Assembly: GCA_963785035.1 (NCBI GenBank)
Contig: CAWATG010000011.1
Span: forward strand, 382,553-446,552
Reading direction: 5' to 3'
Source: an uncultured Acidimicrobiia bacterium
GTDB taxonomy: Bacteria > Actinomycetota > Acidimicrobiia > IMCC26256 > CAWATG01
DNA: 64,000 nt
Part shown: piece by piece, positions 34,169 through 44,379 of the stretch
Layout of the letters: each line of letters opens with the position of its first letter
How positions within the stretch are numbered: the first letter of the stretch is position 1
Position numbers and translations under genes: made by a program
Notes under the pieces: generated by a model
Told to the model about the DNA's origin: nothing
What the model saw: the letters and a program-made list of their open reading frames with translations, nothing else
The model's database searches: none

Positions 34169-35920
34169 TGCGCACCCACATGGCCGGCAAACTCGGCGCC
34201 ACCGACATCGGTACCGATGTCACGCTGTGCGGATGGGTCGCCAGCCGACGTGATCACGGTGGCGTCGTGTTCCTTGACGTGCGTGATGTCTCGGGCATCG
34301 TGCAGGTCGTCGTCGATCCGTCTCAGGCAGGCGGTGAGGACGCGCACCGTGTGCGTGATGAGTTCGTCGTTCGCATCACCGGCACGGTCCGGTCCCGACC
34401 CGACGGCACGCGTAATCCCGATCTTGCAACCGGTGACATCGAGGTGAGCAGCGTCGCCCTCGAGGTCCTTTCCGAGTCGGATCCGTTGCCGTTCCAACTC
34501 TCCCAAGCCGACGATGTCGACGAAGTCCTCCGACTGCGGCACCGTTATCTCGATCTCCGGCGTCCGCGACTCGCAGGCAACCTTCGGTTGCGCGCGAACG
34601 GTGAATCACGCGCTGCGCACGTCGATGGCCGCCCAGGACTTCACCGAGGTCGAGACGCCGATGCTGATCGCCTCGACTCCCGAGGGTGCGCGTGACTTCA
34701 TCGTGCCGTCACGGCTGACCCCCGGATCGTTCTACGCGCTTCCGCAGAGCCCACAACTGTTCAAGCAGCTCCTGATGGTCGGCGGGATCGATCGTTACTT
34801 CCAGATCGCCCGATGCCTACGCGACGAGGACCTGCGCGCAGATCGTCAATTCGAATTCATGCAGTACGACGCCGAGATGAGCTTCGCCGACCAGGAAGAT
34901 GTCATGGAGGTCGTGACTCGAGCCGTCGGCGATGCTGTCGAGGCGGCGACAGGCACTCGCCCGAATCCGTTCGCGACGATGACCTGGCGTGAGGCCATGG
35001 AGCGGTTCGGTTCGGACAAGCCCGATGTTCGATTCGCCATGGAGCTTGTCGAGCTCACCGAGGTGTTCGCGACGACGGAGTTCAAGGCATTCCAAAGTGA
35101 GGCCGTCAAAGGAATCCTCGTCTCGGGCGAGGGCGGTGTCTCACGCTCGAAGCTCGACAACCTCACCGATCGCGCCAAGCAACTCGGTGCGGCAGGCCTG
35201 GTCTGGATGCGTGTCGAGGCTGGTGGAACCCTCAATTCCCCGGTGGCCAAGTTCTGCTCCGAGGACGAGCAGCGCGGCATTGTCGAAGCGCTTGGTGCAC
35301 GCGAAGGCGATCTTGCGCTCCTGGTGGCGGGGGAGCGCCGCGTGTGCAATCACGTGTTGGGAGTGCTTCGCCTCGATCTGGGACGGCCTCCGGTCAATGA
35401 GGGCGGCCTCCACTTCCTGTGGGTCGTCGACTTTCCGTTGTTCGAGGGTCTGGCCAGTGACGGCGCGCCGATTCCTGCGCATCACCCGTTCACGATGCCG
35501 CACCCCGACGATCTTGCGATGCTTGAAACCGCGACCGGCCCAGAACTGCTGGCGGTCCGCTCACAGGCCTATGACCTCGTCCTCAACGGCTGGGAGCTCG
35601 GTTCGGGCAGTGTTCGAATCCACCGTGGGGATCTCCAGGCGAGAATCTTTGCGCTGTTGGGTATCGGGGCGGAGGAGGCACAGGCGCGGTTCGGATTCCT
35701 GCTCGACGCCTTCCGCTTCGGTGCGCCACCACATGCCGGTTTTGCCTTCGGCGTCGACCGACTCGTCGCGCTCCTCGCCGGTGAGGAGAACATTCGCGAG
35801 GTCATCGCCTTCCCGAAGACGCAGTCGGGCCATGACCCGCTCACGGGCGCGCCGACCGTCGTCGACCCCACACTCCTGCGGGACGTCGGTATCAGCGTGT
35901 TGGCGCCCCGCAAGAAGTAG
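34165..35920 (+). CDS. aspS: Aspartate--tRNA ligase (frameshift ~34597)
   Basis: MRTH, RDHGG, RYLDLRR, TPEGARDF, LPQSPQLFKQ, HHPFT, GAPPHAG, VIAFPK. Confidence 0.97.
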
Positions 35921-35948
35921 CAATCGGTGCGCTCGCTAACCTTGGCGC

Positions 35949-37298
35949 ATGGCCGAAAACCTCTTCGCGAGTGCGGTCGAAACGCGCCTGGCGCAGCGCG
36001 CGCCGCTCGCTGCGCGCATGCGGCCTCGAGCACTCGATGAGATCGTCGGCCAACGACATCTGATCGGACCGGGTCAGCCTCTTCGGACGTTGATCGAATC
36101 GGACCGGCTGTTCTCCGTGGTCCTGTGGGGGCCGCCCGGGACCGGGAAGACCACGATCGCGCGCGTTGTCGCAGGAGTATCGGAACGGTATTTCGAACCG
36201 CTCTCGGCCGTCACCGCCGGCGTGAAGGACGTCCGCGATATCGCCGAACGTGCGCGGGCGCGTCTGGGTGAGCACGGGCGAGGAACGATCCTGTTTCTCG
36301 ATGAGGTGCACCGCTTCAGTCGTACGCAACAGGATGCGCTGTTGCCCCATGTCGAGGAAGGCTTGTTCGTCCTGATCGGTGCGACGACCGAGAATCCGTT
36401 CTTCTCGTTGACGGCGCCGTTGCTCTCTCGCTCGACGTTGTTTCGTCTGGAGCCCATCGTCGCGGAAGACCTCGCGAGGCTGGTGCGGGCAGCGCTGGAG
36501 GAGGAACGCGGCCTGGGCGCCGACAAACTCAGCATCGACGACGACAGCCTGGCCCACCTTGTCGACCAGGCCGAGGGCGACGCTCGCCACCTCCTGACCT
36601 CGCTCGAAGTCGCCGCGGCACTTGCGCTCGAAGCGGAACGCAGCACGATCAGCGTCGGCGACGCGGAGGCCGCGTTGGCGATGCGCGTCATCCGTTACGG
36701 CGCCGATGACCACTACGACGTCGTCTCGGCGTTCATCAAGAGCATCCGTGGTTCCGATGTCGACGCGGGTCTGTACTGGTTGGCTCGGATGCTCGAAGCG
36801 GGCGAGGACGCTCGCTTCATCGCGCGTCGGCTCGTCATCCTGGCGTCGGAGGACATCGGAATGGCCAACCCGCTGTCGTTGCTGATCGCCGAGTCAGCCG
36901 CGCGTGCGGTCGAGTTCGTCGGACTCCCCGAGGCGCAACTGAATCTCGCGCAGGCGGTGATCCATCTTGCGACCGCCGCAAAATCCAACTCTGTCACGAC
37001 CGCACTTGGCGCCGCGTTCGCGGATGTGCGCGATCGTCCCTCGGGTGCGGTGCCTGCTCACCTTCGGGACGCGCATTTTGCCGGCGCAGCGAAACTTGGC
37101 CACGGCAAGGGTTACCAGTACCCTCACGACGCGCCCGGCGGCTGGGTCGACCAGCAGTACCGGCCCCCGGAGTTGGCGGGCAGGCGGTATTACCAACCTG
37201 GTCCACACGGGGCCGAAGCTGCGATTGCCGCAGCGTGGTCGCAGCGCCGCTCCGCTGGATTGGCGATGGATGCAAGCATCGAAGAACCGGAGCGCTGA
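35949..37298 (+). CDS. rarA: Replication-associated recombination protein A
   Basis: PLAARMRP, GPPGTGKTT, DEVHRF, GATTENP, SAFIKSIRGSD. Confidence 0.96.
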   Translation: MAENLFASAVETRLAQRAPLAARMRPRALDEIVGQRHLIGPGQPLRTLIESDRLFSVVLWGPPGTGKTTIARVVAGVSERYFEPLSAVTAGVKDVRDIAERARARLGEHGRGTILFLDEVHRFSRTQQDALLPHVEEGLFVLIGATTENPFFSLTAPLLSRSTLFRLEPIVAEDLARLVRAALEEERGLGADKLSIDDDSLAHLVDQAEGDARHLLTSLEVAAALALEAERSTISVGDAEAALAMRVIRYGADDHYDVVSAFIKSIRGSDVDAGLYWLARMLEAGEDARFIARRLVILASEDIGMANPLSLLIAESAARAVEFVGLPEAQLNLAQAVIHLATAAKSNSVTTALGAAFADVRDRPSGAVPAHLRDAHFAGAAKLGHGKGYQYPHDAPGGWVDQQYRPPELAGRRYYQPGPHGAEAAIAAAWSQRRSAGLAMDASIEEPER

Positions 37299-37660
37299 TG
37301 GATGATTCGGATGTCGCAATCACGGTGATCGTGATCGGTTCGGCGATGATCGTCGGCGGGCTCTGTGTCGTTCTGGTCATGTTGGTTCGTACGTTACGGG
37401 CGTTGCGCGCCACCGTCGATGAGCTCCAACGCGAGACGCTCAGCACGGTGCGCGAGCTGCATGACGGCGCGCGGCTTGCCGCCACGGACCTGGACAATCT
37501 GGATACGTTGCTCTCGACGGCCGACACCGCATCACGTCTGGCGTATAGGACCGTGACCAACCCAGTGGTGAAGACCGTCGCTGCAGGAGCCGGTGCAAAG
37601 AAGGCAATCTGGCGTTTACGCCATCCACGCGGCACGCCTCCCGGCAACGGACCCCGGTAG
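37298..37660 (+). CDS. Hypothetical membrane/coiled-coil protein (DUF948-like)
   Basis: N-terminal TM then amphipathic helix; position upstream of alaS matches actinobacterial DUF948 synteny. Confidence 0.6.
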   Translation: MDDSDVAITVIVIGSAMIVGGLCVVLVMLVRTLRALRATVDELQRETLSTVRELHDGARLAATDLDNLDTLLSTADTASRLAYRTVTNPVVKTVAAGAGAKKAIWRLRHPRGTPPGNGPR

Positions 37661-37675
37661 GAGCAGAAGGTAGCG

Positions 37676-37951
37676 ATGTTCAGGCGTACGACGGGGTTCG
37701 TCTTCGGATATGTGTTCGGTTTGGCGTCGTCGTGGTACGTCGTGCGCCGGCTACGTCTCCGTTTGCAGCGTTATCGGCCACCGCAGGTGGCCACGCGGCT
37801 GACTGATGGCATCGACGCGGCTCGACGAACGGTCGGAGTGGCCGTGAGCGAGGGACGCGCCGCTATGCGTGAGCGCGAGGCCGAACTGCGAAGCGACTTC
37901 GCTGCCGAGCCCGGCCATGAGACCGGGAGTCCAAAAGGCCTTGTGAGGTGA
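37676..37951 (+). CDS. Small hypothetical membrane protein
   Basis: MFRR..GF.FG, EGRAAMREREAELR; typical small gene before alaS. Confidence 0.7.
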   Translation: MFRRTTGFVFGYVFGLASSWYVVRRLRLRLQRYRPPQVATRLTDGIDAARRTVGVAVSEGRAAMREREAELRSDFAAEPGHETGSPKGLVR

Positions 37952-38040
37952 GGTTGGGGCAGCAGCGGTGGAGCCATGGATCCGCCGAGGTCGCGGAGCG
38001 GGTGTCGGGGATCGGGGGTTTCTGGCGGTAGCCTGAACCT

Positions 38041-40683
38041 ATGCGTCCCCTGACGGCGGAAGAGTTGCGTCGCGCCTTCATCGACTTCTTCGTGGCGCGC
38101 GACCACACGGCCGTGCCGTCGGCGAGCGTCCTCCCCGTCGATCCGTCGCTGTTGTTCACAGTCGCGGGGATGGTGCCGTTCAAGGCCTATTTCGTCGGTG
38201 ACGAGACCCCACCCTACGCACGGGCTGTATCCGTGCAGCGATGTATCCGGGCTGGTGGCAAACACAACGATCTCGACGACATCGGGCGCACGAATCGCCA
38301 CTTCAGCTTCTTCGAGATGTTGGGAAACTTCAGCTTCGGTGACTATTTCAAGGCCGAGGCGATTCCGTGGGCGTGGGAGTTCTACACCGAGGTGCTCGGT
38401 CTCGATCCCGAACGCCTGTGGGTCACGGTCCACGAAACCGACGACGAGGCCGCGTTGATCTGGCGTGATGTCGTGGGTGTGCCCGAGCGGCGTATTCAGC
38501 GACTTGGCGACGACAACTTCTGGCGGATGGCCGATACCGGCCCATGCGGTCCGAGTTCGGAGATCTTCTGGGACCTCGGGCCCGAGTTCGGCGCCGACGG
38601 AGGACCGGCGTTCGGCGACTCGGATCGATTCATCGAACTGTGGAACCTCGTGTTCATGCAGTTCGACGCACAGGCCGACGGAACCATGGTGGCGTTGCCG
38701 AGACCGAGTGTCGACACGGGTGCAGGGCTCGAACGAAATCTCACCGTTCTTGCCGGTGCGGCGTCGGTGTGGGACATCGATGTCTTTGCTCCGATGCTCG
38801 CAGCAGCAGAAGCAATCACCGGCCGTACCTACGGTGGATTCCCTGGGGCCGAAGCAGACGTGTCGTTGCGGATCCTCGCAGAGCACGGTCGCACGATGAC
38901 CGTCCTGGCGAGCGACGGCGTGGTTCCCAGCAATGAGGAACGTGGCTACGTGATGCGCCGAATCATCCGCCGAGCGGTCCGTCACGCGTATCTTCTCGGT
39001 GTCGAGCAGCTCGTGACGCCGGCAATGGTCGACGCCACGGTCGCGACGATGGGCGACGCGTATCCCGATCTGGTCCGCAATCACTCGTCGATCCGGACGA
39101 TCATCGCGCGGGAGGAGGAACGCTTCCGTGCGACCTTGCAGCGTGGGCTCGACCTACTGGATGAGCTGATCGCCAAGGGGAACATCACCGGCGACGACGC
39201 CTTCTTCCTGCATGACACGCTCGGGTTCCCGATCGATCTCACTCGGGAGATCGCCGGTGAGCGTCGGCGATCGACTGATCTCGACGGTTTCAAGGCGCGA
39301 ATGGCCGAACAGCGGACCCGCGCGCAAGATGCACACAAGGCGGCCGGCGGTAAAGTCGCTGCGCCGATCGAGCTCTACCGTGAACTCCTCGAAGTGCACG
39401 GAACGACCACCTTCACGGGTCGCCAGGAAACGATCACCAAGAGCGCGACCGTGCTGGCATTGATCAACGGTCGTGAGCGTGTCGCGCGCGCTGGTGTGGG
39501 CGAGGTCGTTGACCTCATACTCGACATGACCCCGTTCTATGCGGAGTCCGGTGGTCAGATCGGCGATACGGGCACGATCACGTCCGCTTCTGGAGCGGTG
39601 ATCGTCGTGAATGACACGCAGCTTGGACTGCCGGGGATGCATGTACACCGGGCAGTGGTGACCGAGGGGTCGATCGAAGAGGGCCAGACGGTCACGGCTG
39701 AGATCGATGCCGTGCGCCGCGACTGCATCCGGCGGAATCACACGGCGACGCACATCTTGCATTGGGCCCTGCGCCAAGTCCTTGGCGACCACGTCGCGCA
39801 GGCTGGTTCATGGGTTGGGCCCGAGCGTTTGCGGTTCGACTTCAGTCACCATGAAGCACTCACACCCGCCCAATTGGACCGCATCGAAGAACTCGCCAAC
39901 ACCGAGGTGCTCAGCGACGCGCCGGTGCGGCACTACGAGACCACCAAGGACCATGCAACGAGCCTGGGTGCGATTGCGTTCTTTGGTGACAAGTACGGCG
40001 ATCTCGTGCGTGTTCTCGAAGCGGGCGAGCATTCGATCGAGTTGTGCGGTGGTACGCACGTCCATGCGCTCGGTTTCATCGGGCCGATCAAGATCGTCAG
40101 TGAAGGGTCGATCGGCGCGAACCTGCGCCGCGTCGAGGCCATGACCGGAACCGGCGCTTTGGCCCGAATCCATGACGACAATCTGCAACTTCGCAGGGTG
40201 TCGGAACTCCTCAAAGTCAAGCCAACCGAGGTTGCAGAGCGCGTCGAGAAGCTGCTTTCCCAGGTGAAGGCACTCAATGACGACCTGAGTGCCGTACGTT
40301 CCCAACAGATGGCGGTTGCAGCCCGCGAGTTGGTTGCAACGTCGGAGGGACCGGTCGTGGTCGTGCGACGAGATGGGCTCACCTCCGATGAGATGCGCGC
40401 GCTGACGCTGGCTGCGCGTGACGCACTGGGTTCGGGCATCGTCGCGGTCATCGGACTCGGCGCCAATGGCGACAAAGCGGCGTTGGCGGTTGCGATCACC
40501 GCGGACGTGCGAGAAGCAGGTGTCTCTGCCGCGGAGATCGCTGCGCCTGCTGCCAAACTCTTGGGCGGTGGCACAGCCAAGAACCCCGATTTCGTACAAG
40601 GTGGCGGTCCTCGGATCGAAGGACTTGATGAGGCAGTGCGGTTGGTGACCGAGCAGGCGGCGCACGCCATGGTGGCGCCCTGA
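38041..40683 (+). CDS. alaS: Alanine--tRNA ligase
   Basis: LLFTVAGMVPFK, FFEMLGNFSFGDYFK, GPCGPSSEI, RNHTATH, ELCGGTH. Confidence 0.98.
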   Translation: MRPLTAEELRRAFIDFFVARDHTAVPSASVLPVDPSLLFTVAGMVPFKAYFVGDETPPYARAVSVQRCIRAGGKHNDLDDIGRTNRHFSFFEMLGNFSFGDYFKAEAIPWAWEFYTEVLGLDPERLWVTVHETDDEAALIWRDVVGVPERRIQRLGDDNFWRMADTGPCGPSSEIFWDLGPEFGADGGPAFGDSDRFIELWNLVFMQFDAQADGTMVALPRPSVDTGAGLERNLTVLAGAASVWDIDVFAPMLAAAEAITGRTYGGFPGAEADVSLRILAEHGRTMTVLASDGVVPSNEERGYVMRRIIRRAVRHAYLLGVEQLVTPAMVDATVATMGDAYPDLVRNHSSIRTIIAREEERFRATLQRGLDLLDELIAKGNITGDDAFFLHDTLGFPIDLTREIAGERRRSTDLDGFKARMAEQRTRAQDAHKAAGGKVAAPIELYRELLEVHGTTTFTGRQETITKSATVLALINGRERVARAGVGEVVDLILDMTPFYAESGGQIGDTGTITSASGAVIVVNDTQLGLPGMHVHRAVVTEGSIEEGQTVTAEIDAVRRDCIRRNHTATHILHWALRQVLGDHVAQAGSWVGPERLRFDFSHHEALTPAQLDRIEELANTEVLSDAPVRHYETTKDHATSLGAIAFFGDKYGDLVRVLEAGEHSIELCGGTHVHALGFIGPIKIVSEGSIGANLRRVEAMTGTGALARIHDDNLQLRRVSELLKVKPTEVAERVEKLLSQVKALNDDLSAVRSQQMAVAARELVATSEGPVVVVRRDGLTSDEMRALTLAARDALGSGIVAVIGLGANGDKAALAVAITADVREAGVSAAEIAAPAAKLLGGGTAKNPDFVQGGGPRIEGLDEAVRLVTEQAAHAMVAP

Positions 40684-41108
40684 TGGGTCGAGTGCTCGGA
40701 GTCGATCTCGGGAGTCGCCGGATCGGCGTTGCGCTCTCAGACCCCAGTGGTGTGATTGCCGGCCCGCTTGTCGTTCTCGAACGCAGTGGCGATCGGGCGT
40801 TGGACCACCAGGCGATACTTCGCCTCGCTCGTGAGCACGAAGCGGACCGGATCGTGGTCGGGATGCCGACAACGCTCTCGGGTGAACAGGGTCCTGCGGC
40901 AACCGCAGCGCTCGAGGAGATCGAAGCCTTGCAGATGCTCGCCGGTGACGCGCTCGAGGTCGAGGCCTTCGATGAACGGCTCACGACGGCAATAGCGCAG
41001 CGAGCGCTGCTGCACGGCAACGTCAAGCGCGCACAGCGCAAGCAGACGGTCGACAAGATTGCTGCTGCAGTGCTGTTGCAGTCATACCTGGAGCAACAAC
41101 GTGGTTGA
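40683..41108 (+). CDS. ruvX: YqgF/RuvX family nuclease
   Basis: VLGVDLGSRRIGVALSD, VGMP, DERLTT, DKIAAAVLLQSYL. Confidence 0.95.
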   Translation: MGRVLGVDLGSRRIGVALSDPSGVIAGPLVVLERSGDRALDHQAILRLAREHEADRIVVGMPTTLSGEQGPAATAALEEIEALQMLAGDALEVEAFDERLTTAIAQRALLHGNVKRAQRKQTVDKIAAAVLLQSYLEQQRG

Positions 41109-42285
41109 TGAGCACGATGCACACGAGCGCGCCGTCGATGCGCTCGATGCAATCGATGAGCAGGATGCTGCAATTGATCATGATGCGGAGATCGGCGAGC
41201 CTGCTGAGGATCGCACATCTCGAGCCTCGGCGCGCGAACTCCGGCGTTCACAACGCAGGCGTGCGCGACGTCGGCGCCGGACGGTTATAGCGATCCTGGT
41301 CCTGGTCCTGTTGCTACCGGTGTTCGTCGTCGGCGGCTGGGTATGGGTTCAAATCGATCCTCCCGGGAGTCCGGGAAGTCGCGTGAGTGTCGTCGTGCAG
41401 GATGGCTGGAACGTCAGTGAGATAGGTGACGAGTTGCAGGCGAAAGGAGTCGTCGGATCGTCGCTTGTGTTCCGGCTCTACTCGCGTGCGACAAAGGCCG
41501 GACCATTTCGCGCCGGCCGCTTCGACCTGCGCCGTGATATCGGCGCGCGTGCAGCGGTCACTGCGCTCGAGAAGAAGCCGAAGTTGGTGTTTCGCAAGCT
41601 GGCACTTCCACCTGGACTGACGCTCGAGATGATCGCCGCGCGTGTTGGTGAGCTTCCTGGCTTGTCGGCAGAGCGATTCTTGGAGGTCGCCGGCGGAAAC
41701 CTGGTTCGGTCTGCATTTCAACCCGGTTCGGTGAGCTCCCTGGAGGGGTTGACATGGCCCGATACGTATTTCGTCGACCCGGCGCAGGATGAACGGTCGA
41801 TTTTGGCGATGATCGTTGCTCGGTTCGACGACCAACTCCAAAAGCTCGGGGTGAGTTCGCTGCCTCCACCCGCGGGCGTGAGCGCCTACGAGGCGCTGGT
41901 TGCGGCGTCCCTGATCCAAACCGAGGCGAAGGTCCAGGAGGACCGACCGTTGATCTCCGCGGTGATCTACAACCGGATCCGAGCCGGAATGCTCCTGCAG
42001 ATCGACGCGACGGTCCTCTATGCACGCGGGAGCCGTGAGGGCGCCATCACGAAGTCCGATCTCGCGTTGGCCTCGCCGTATAACACGTATGCGACAAAGG
42101 GTTTGCCGCCGACACCGATCGCCACGCTTTCGAGCGCTTCGATCATGGCGGCATTCCAACCGGACGACGTGCCCTATCTGTTCTACGTCTTGGCCGACGC
42201 GAATGGCAAGCACGCGTTTGGCGTGACCGCCGAGGACCATGAGCGCAATGTTGCAGCGGCACGTGCAAAGGGTTTGCTCGGGTGA
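41101..42285 (+). CDS. mltG: Endolytic transglycosylase MltG
   Basis: LEGLTWPDTY, ASLIQTE, VIYNRI, LQIDATV, SPYNTY..GLPPTPI, YLFYV. Confidence 0.93.
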   Translation: MVDEHDAHERAVDALDAIDEQDAAIDHDAEIGEPAEDRTSRASARELRRSQRRRARRRRRTVIAILVLVLLLPVFVVGGWVWVQIDPPGSPGSRVSVVVQDGWNVSEIGDELQAKGVVGSSLVFRLYSRATKAGPFRAGRFDLRRDIGARAAVTALEKKPKLVFRKLALPPGLTLEMIAARVGELPGLSAERFLEVAGGNLVRSAFQPGSVSSLEGLTWPDTYFVDPAQDERSILAMIVARFDDQLQKLGVSSLPPPAGVSAYEALVAASLIQTEAKVQEDRPLISAVIYNRIRAGMLLQIDATVLYARGSREGAITKSDLALASPYNTYATKGLPPTPIATLSSASIMAAFQPDDVPYLFYVLADANGKHAFGVTAEDHERNVAAARAKGLLG

Positions 42286-43148
42286 GCGAACGATCCTCGA
42301 TCACCGCGCGCACGAACGTCGTCGCACTCATTGGTGACCCGATCGGACATTCGTTGTCGCCAACGATCTTCAACGCGGCCTTTGACGCCGCACAACTGGA
42401 TTGGGTGTGCGTCGCGCTGCCGGTACCGGCAGGCAACGGTGAGGCAGCGGTCGCTGCAATGCGCCTGTTCGGGATCCGGGGACTCGCGGTGACAATGCCC
42501 CATAAGGAGGCCGTCGTCGCAGGCTGCGACGAGCTGACCCCCGACGGTCAAGCCCTCGGAGCCGTCAACTGTCTGACGCTCCTCGAGGACGGTCGAATCC
42601 AGGGGGATTCCACCGATGGCCGGGGGTTCGTCCGGTCGCTGGGCAACGAGGGCGTCGATGTTTCGGGCCGGCGTGTCCTCGTTCTCGGTGCGGGTGGTGC
42701 CGCGCGGTCGATCATCCTGGCACTCGGGCGTGGCGGTGCGCGGGTCACGGTCGCGGCTCGCCGCGTCGAGGCCGCCCGTGCGGCGGGCTCACTCGCTCGC
42801 GAATCACGGGCGGTATCGATGCTCGAACTGGACTCGGCTGCGAGCGACGCCGATGTCATCGTGAACGCGACGCCGTTGGGTATGAACGGGGAGATTCCGC
42901 CGCTGTCCGTGGAAATGTTGCACACGGGGCAGTTCGTGGCGGACACGGTGTATCACCCGTTGGAGACGCCGCTGCTCGCGGCCGTGCGATCTCGCGGAAT
43001 CCCGGCGGTCAATGGTGTGGGGATGCTGATCGAACAGGCCGTGCCGATCTTCGAACGTTGGACGGGACGCCAGGCGCCCGTCTCGGCCATGTACGGCGCG
43101 GCGCAGGACGTACTCCGGCGCGCCGCGGCGCGGCGCGCCGGACACTGA
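42282..43148 (+). CDS. aroE: Shikimate dehydrogenase
   Basis: GDPIGHSLSP, VTMPHK, GAVN, GAGGAAR, NATPLGM, GMLIEQA. Confidence 0.95.
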   Translation: MSERSSITARTNVVALIGDPIGHSLSPTIFNAAFDAAQLDWVCVALPVPAGNGEAAVAAMRLFGIRGLAVTMPHKEAVVAGCDELTPDGQALGAVNCLTLLEDGRIQGDSTDGRGFVRSLGNEGVDVSGRRVLVLGAGGAARSIILALGRGGARVTVAARRVEAARAAGSLARESRAVSMLELDSAASDADVIVNATPLGMNGEIPPLSVEMLHTGQFVADTVYHPLETPLLAAVRSRGIPAVNGVGMLIEQAVPIFERWTGRQAPVSAMYGAAQDVLRRAAARRAGH

Positions 43149-43192
43149 ACCCCGGGCCGGCGGGCCCGCACCCGGGTGTGCAGAGGTTTCGC

Positions 43193-43221
43193 TCAAGGTG
43201 CACCCTTCAGGATGCCGATCA
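43193..43221 (+). promoter_or_regulatory. Putative sigma-28-type promoter of the DUF4388 gene
   Basis: TCAAG-N16-GCCGATCA; RBS AGGAGG at 43231. Confidence 0.72.
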
Positions 43222-43245
43222 CCATGTGTTAGGAGGTATCCGTCA

Positions 43246-44292
43246 GTGGCCCTTATGGGAACTCTGGACACAATTGCACTGGATGACGTGTTCGGTCTCC
43301 TGGAGCATGCCAGGAAGACGGGCGCGCTCCATGTGAATGCCCCGCATTTCGCCGGATTGCTGTTCTTCGTCGACGGTCAGATCTCGGCCGGGCAGAGCGA
43401 CCTCGCCTCCATGGCGGTGGAAAGGACCCCTGAGGAGTTCTCGAACCACATCGTCGATCTCATGTGTGAGCTGCTGCTCCTCAGCGAGGGAGACTTCGAG
43501 TTTCGCACCGAAGAAGTGTTCGACGCAGGCGGTGTTCAACCGGTGTCGACCCAGGCAATGCTGGGGCACGTCCGTTCGATCCTCGCAGACTGGCCGACGG
43601 TCGAGACGGTGATCCCGTCGAACACCGTGCAGCCACGCCTGGTCGATGAGCCCTACTACGAAACCGTGACGGTCGATCGTGCGGCATGGCGGGTGCTCTT
43701 CGCCGTCGACGGCGTTCGTACGGTTCGCGAGATCGCATTGGCGGTCAATTCCGGCATCGTTGCGACGAGTTTCGCATTACGTGACCTGGTTCATGTCGGC
43801 GCCGTGGAGATCTTGGGGTCCGATGGGAGCGTGATCGCGGACGTTCATTCGGTGGACGTGGCCTCGCCAGACGTCCAACGAGTGGGTCGAAACGCCGGCC
43901 CGCCCTCGGAGGTGGTGGAGGACATGGGCGACGACGATTCGGCGCTCGATGCGCCATTGGACGACGATCCCACGACCGACCATGACGCGCTCTTGGCATC
44001 CCTGCACGACCTTTCTTCGTATGGGACTGCGGGATCGAAAACTGCAGGCGCCTCGGTCTTCGACCAGACCGGCGAAGGTCGGTCCGGCAGGCTCGGCCTT
44101 ACCGACCTGAGCAGATATCCACGGATTCCTGCGGCACGGGAGATCGAGGCGCAGGGCGAGGTACAGGGCGACGGGCCGGGTTGGGGGCCGGGGGAGTTCC
44201 CAGCCGACATGACGAACGCCGAGGACGCCTCCTCTCAAACCGAGGAGCGGGGTGTCCTGATGCGGATGTTCGCCACCCTCCGCGAGAGCTGA
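43246..44292 (+). CDS. DUF4388 (PATAN-like) domain protein with winged-helix-like segment and acidic disordered tail
   Basis: GTG start after AGGAGG; MALMGTLDTIALDDVFGLL..RKTGALHV, EGDFEF, WRVLFAVDGVRTVREIA. Confidence 0.78.
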   Translation: MALMGTLDTIALDDVFGLLEHARKTGALHVNAPHFAGLLFFVDGQISAGQSDLASMAVERTPEEFSNHIVDLMCELLLLSEGDFEFRTEEVFDAGGVQPVSTQAMLGHVRSILADWPTVETVIPSNTVQPRLVDEPYYETVTVDRAAWRVLFAVDGVRTVREIALAVNSGIVATSFALRDLVHVGAVEILGSDGSVIADVHSVDVASPDVQRVGRNAGPPSEVVEDMGDDDSALDAPLDDDPTTDHDALLASLHDLSSYGTAGSKTAGASVFDQTGEGRSGRLGLTDLSRYPRIPAAREIEAQGEVQGDGPGWGPGEFPADMTNAEDASSQTEERGVLMRMFATLRES

Positions 44293-44342
44293 CCGAAGCC
44301 TCACGGCGTTTCGACGGCAGGGGTGGTCGCCAGATCCAAGGG

Positions 44343-44370
44343 TTCAGACGCGCCCGGACAACGCCGATAA
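44343..44370 (+). promoter_or_regulatory. Putative sigma-28-type promoter of pilB
   Basis: TTCAG-N15-GCCGATAA (perfect -10 element). Confidence 0.62.
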
Positions 44371-44379
44371 ATGGGGAAA

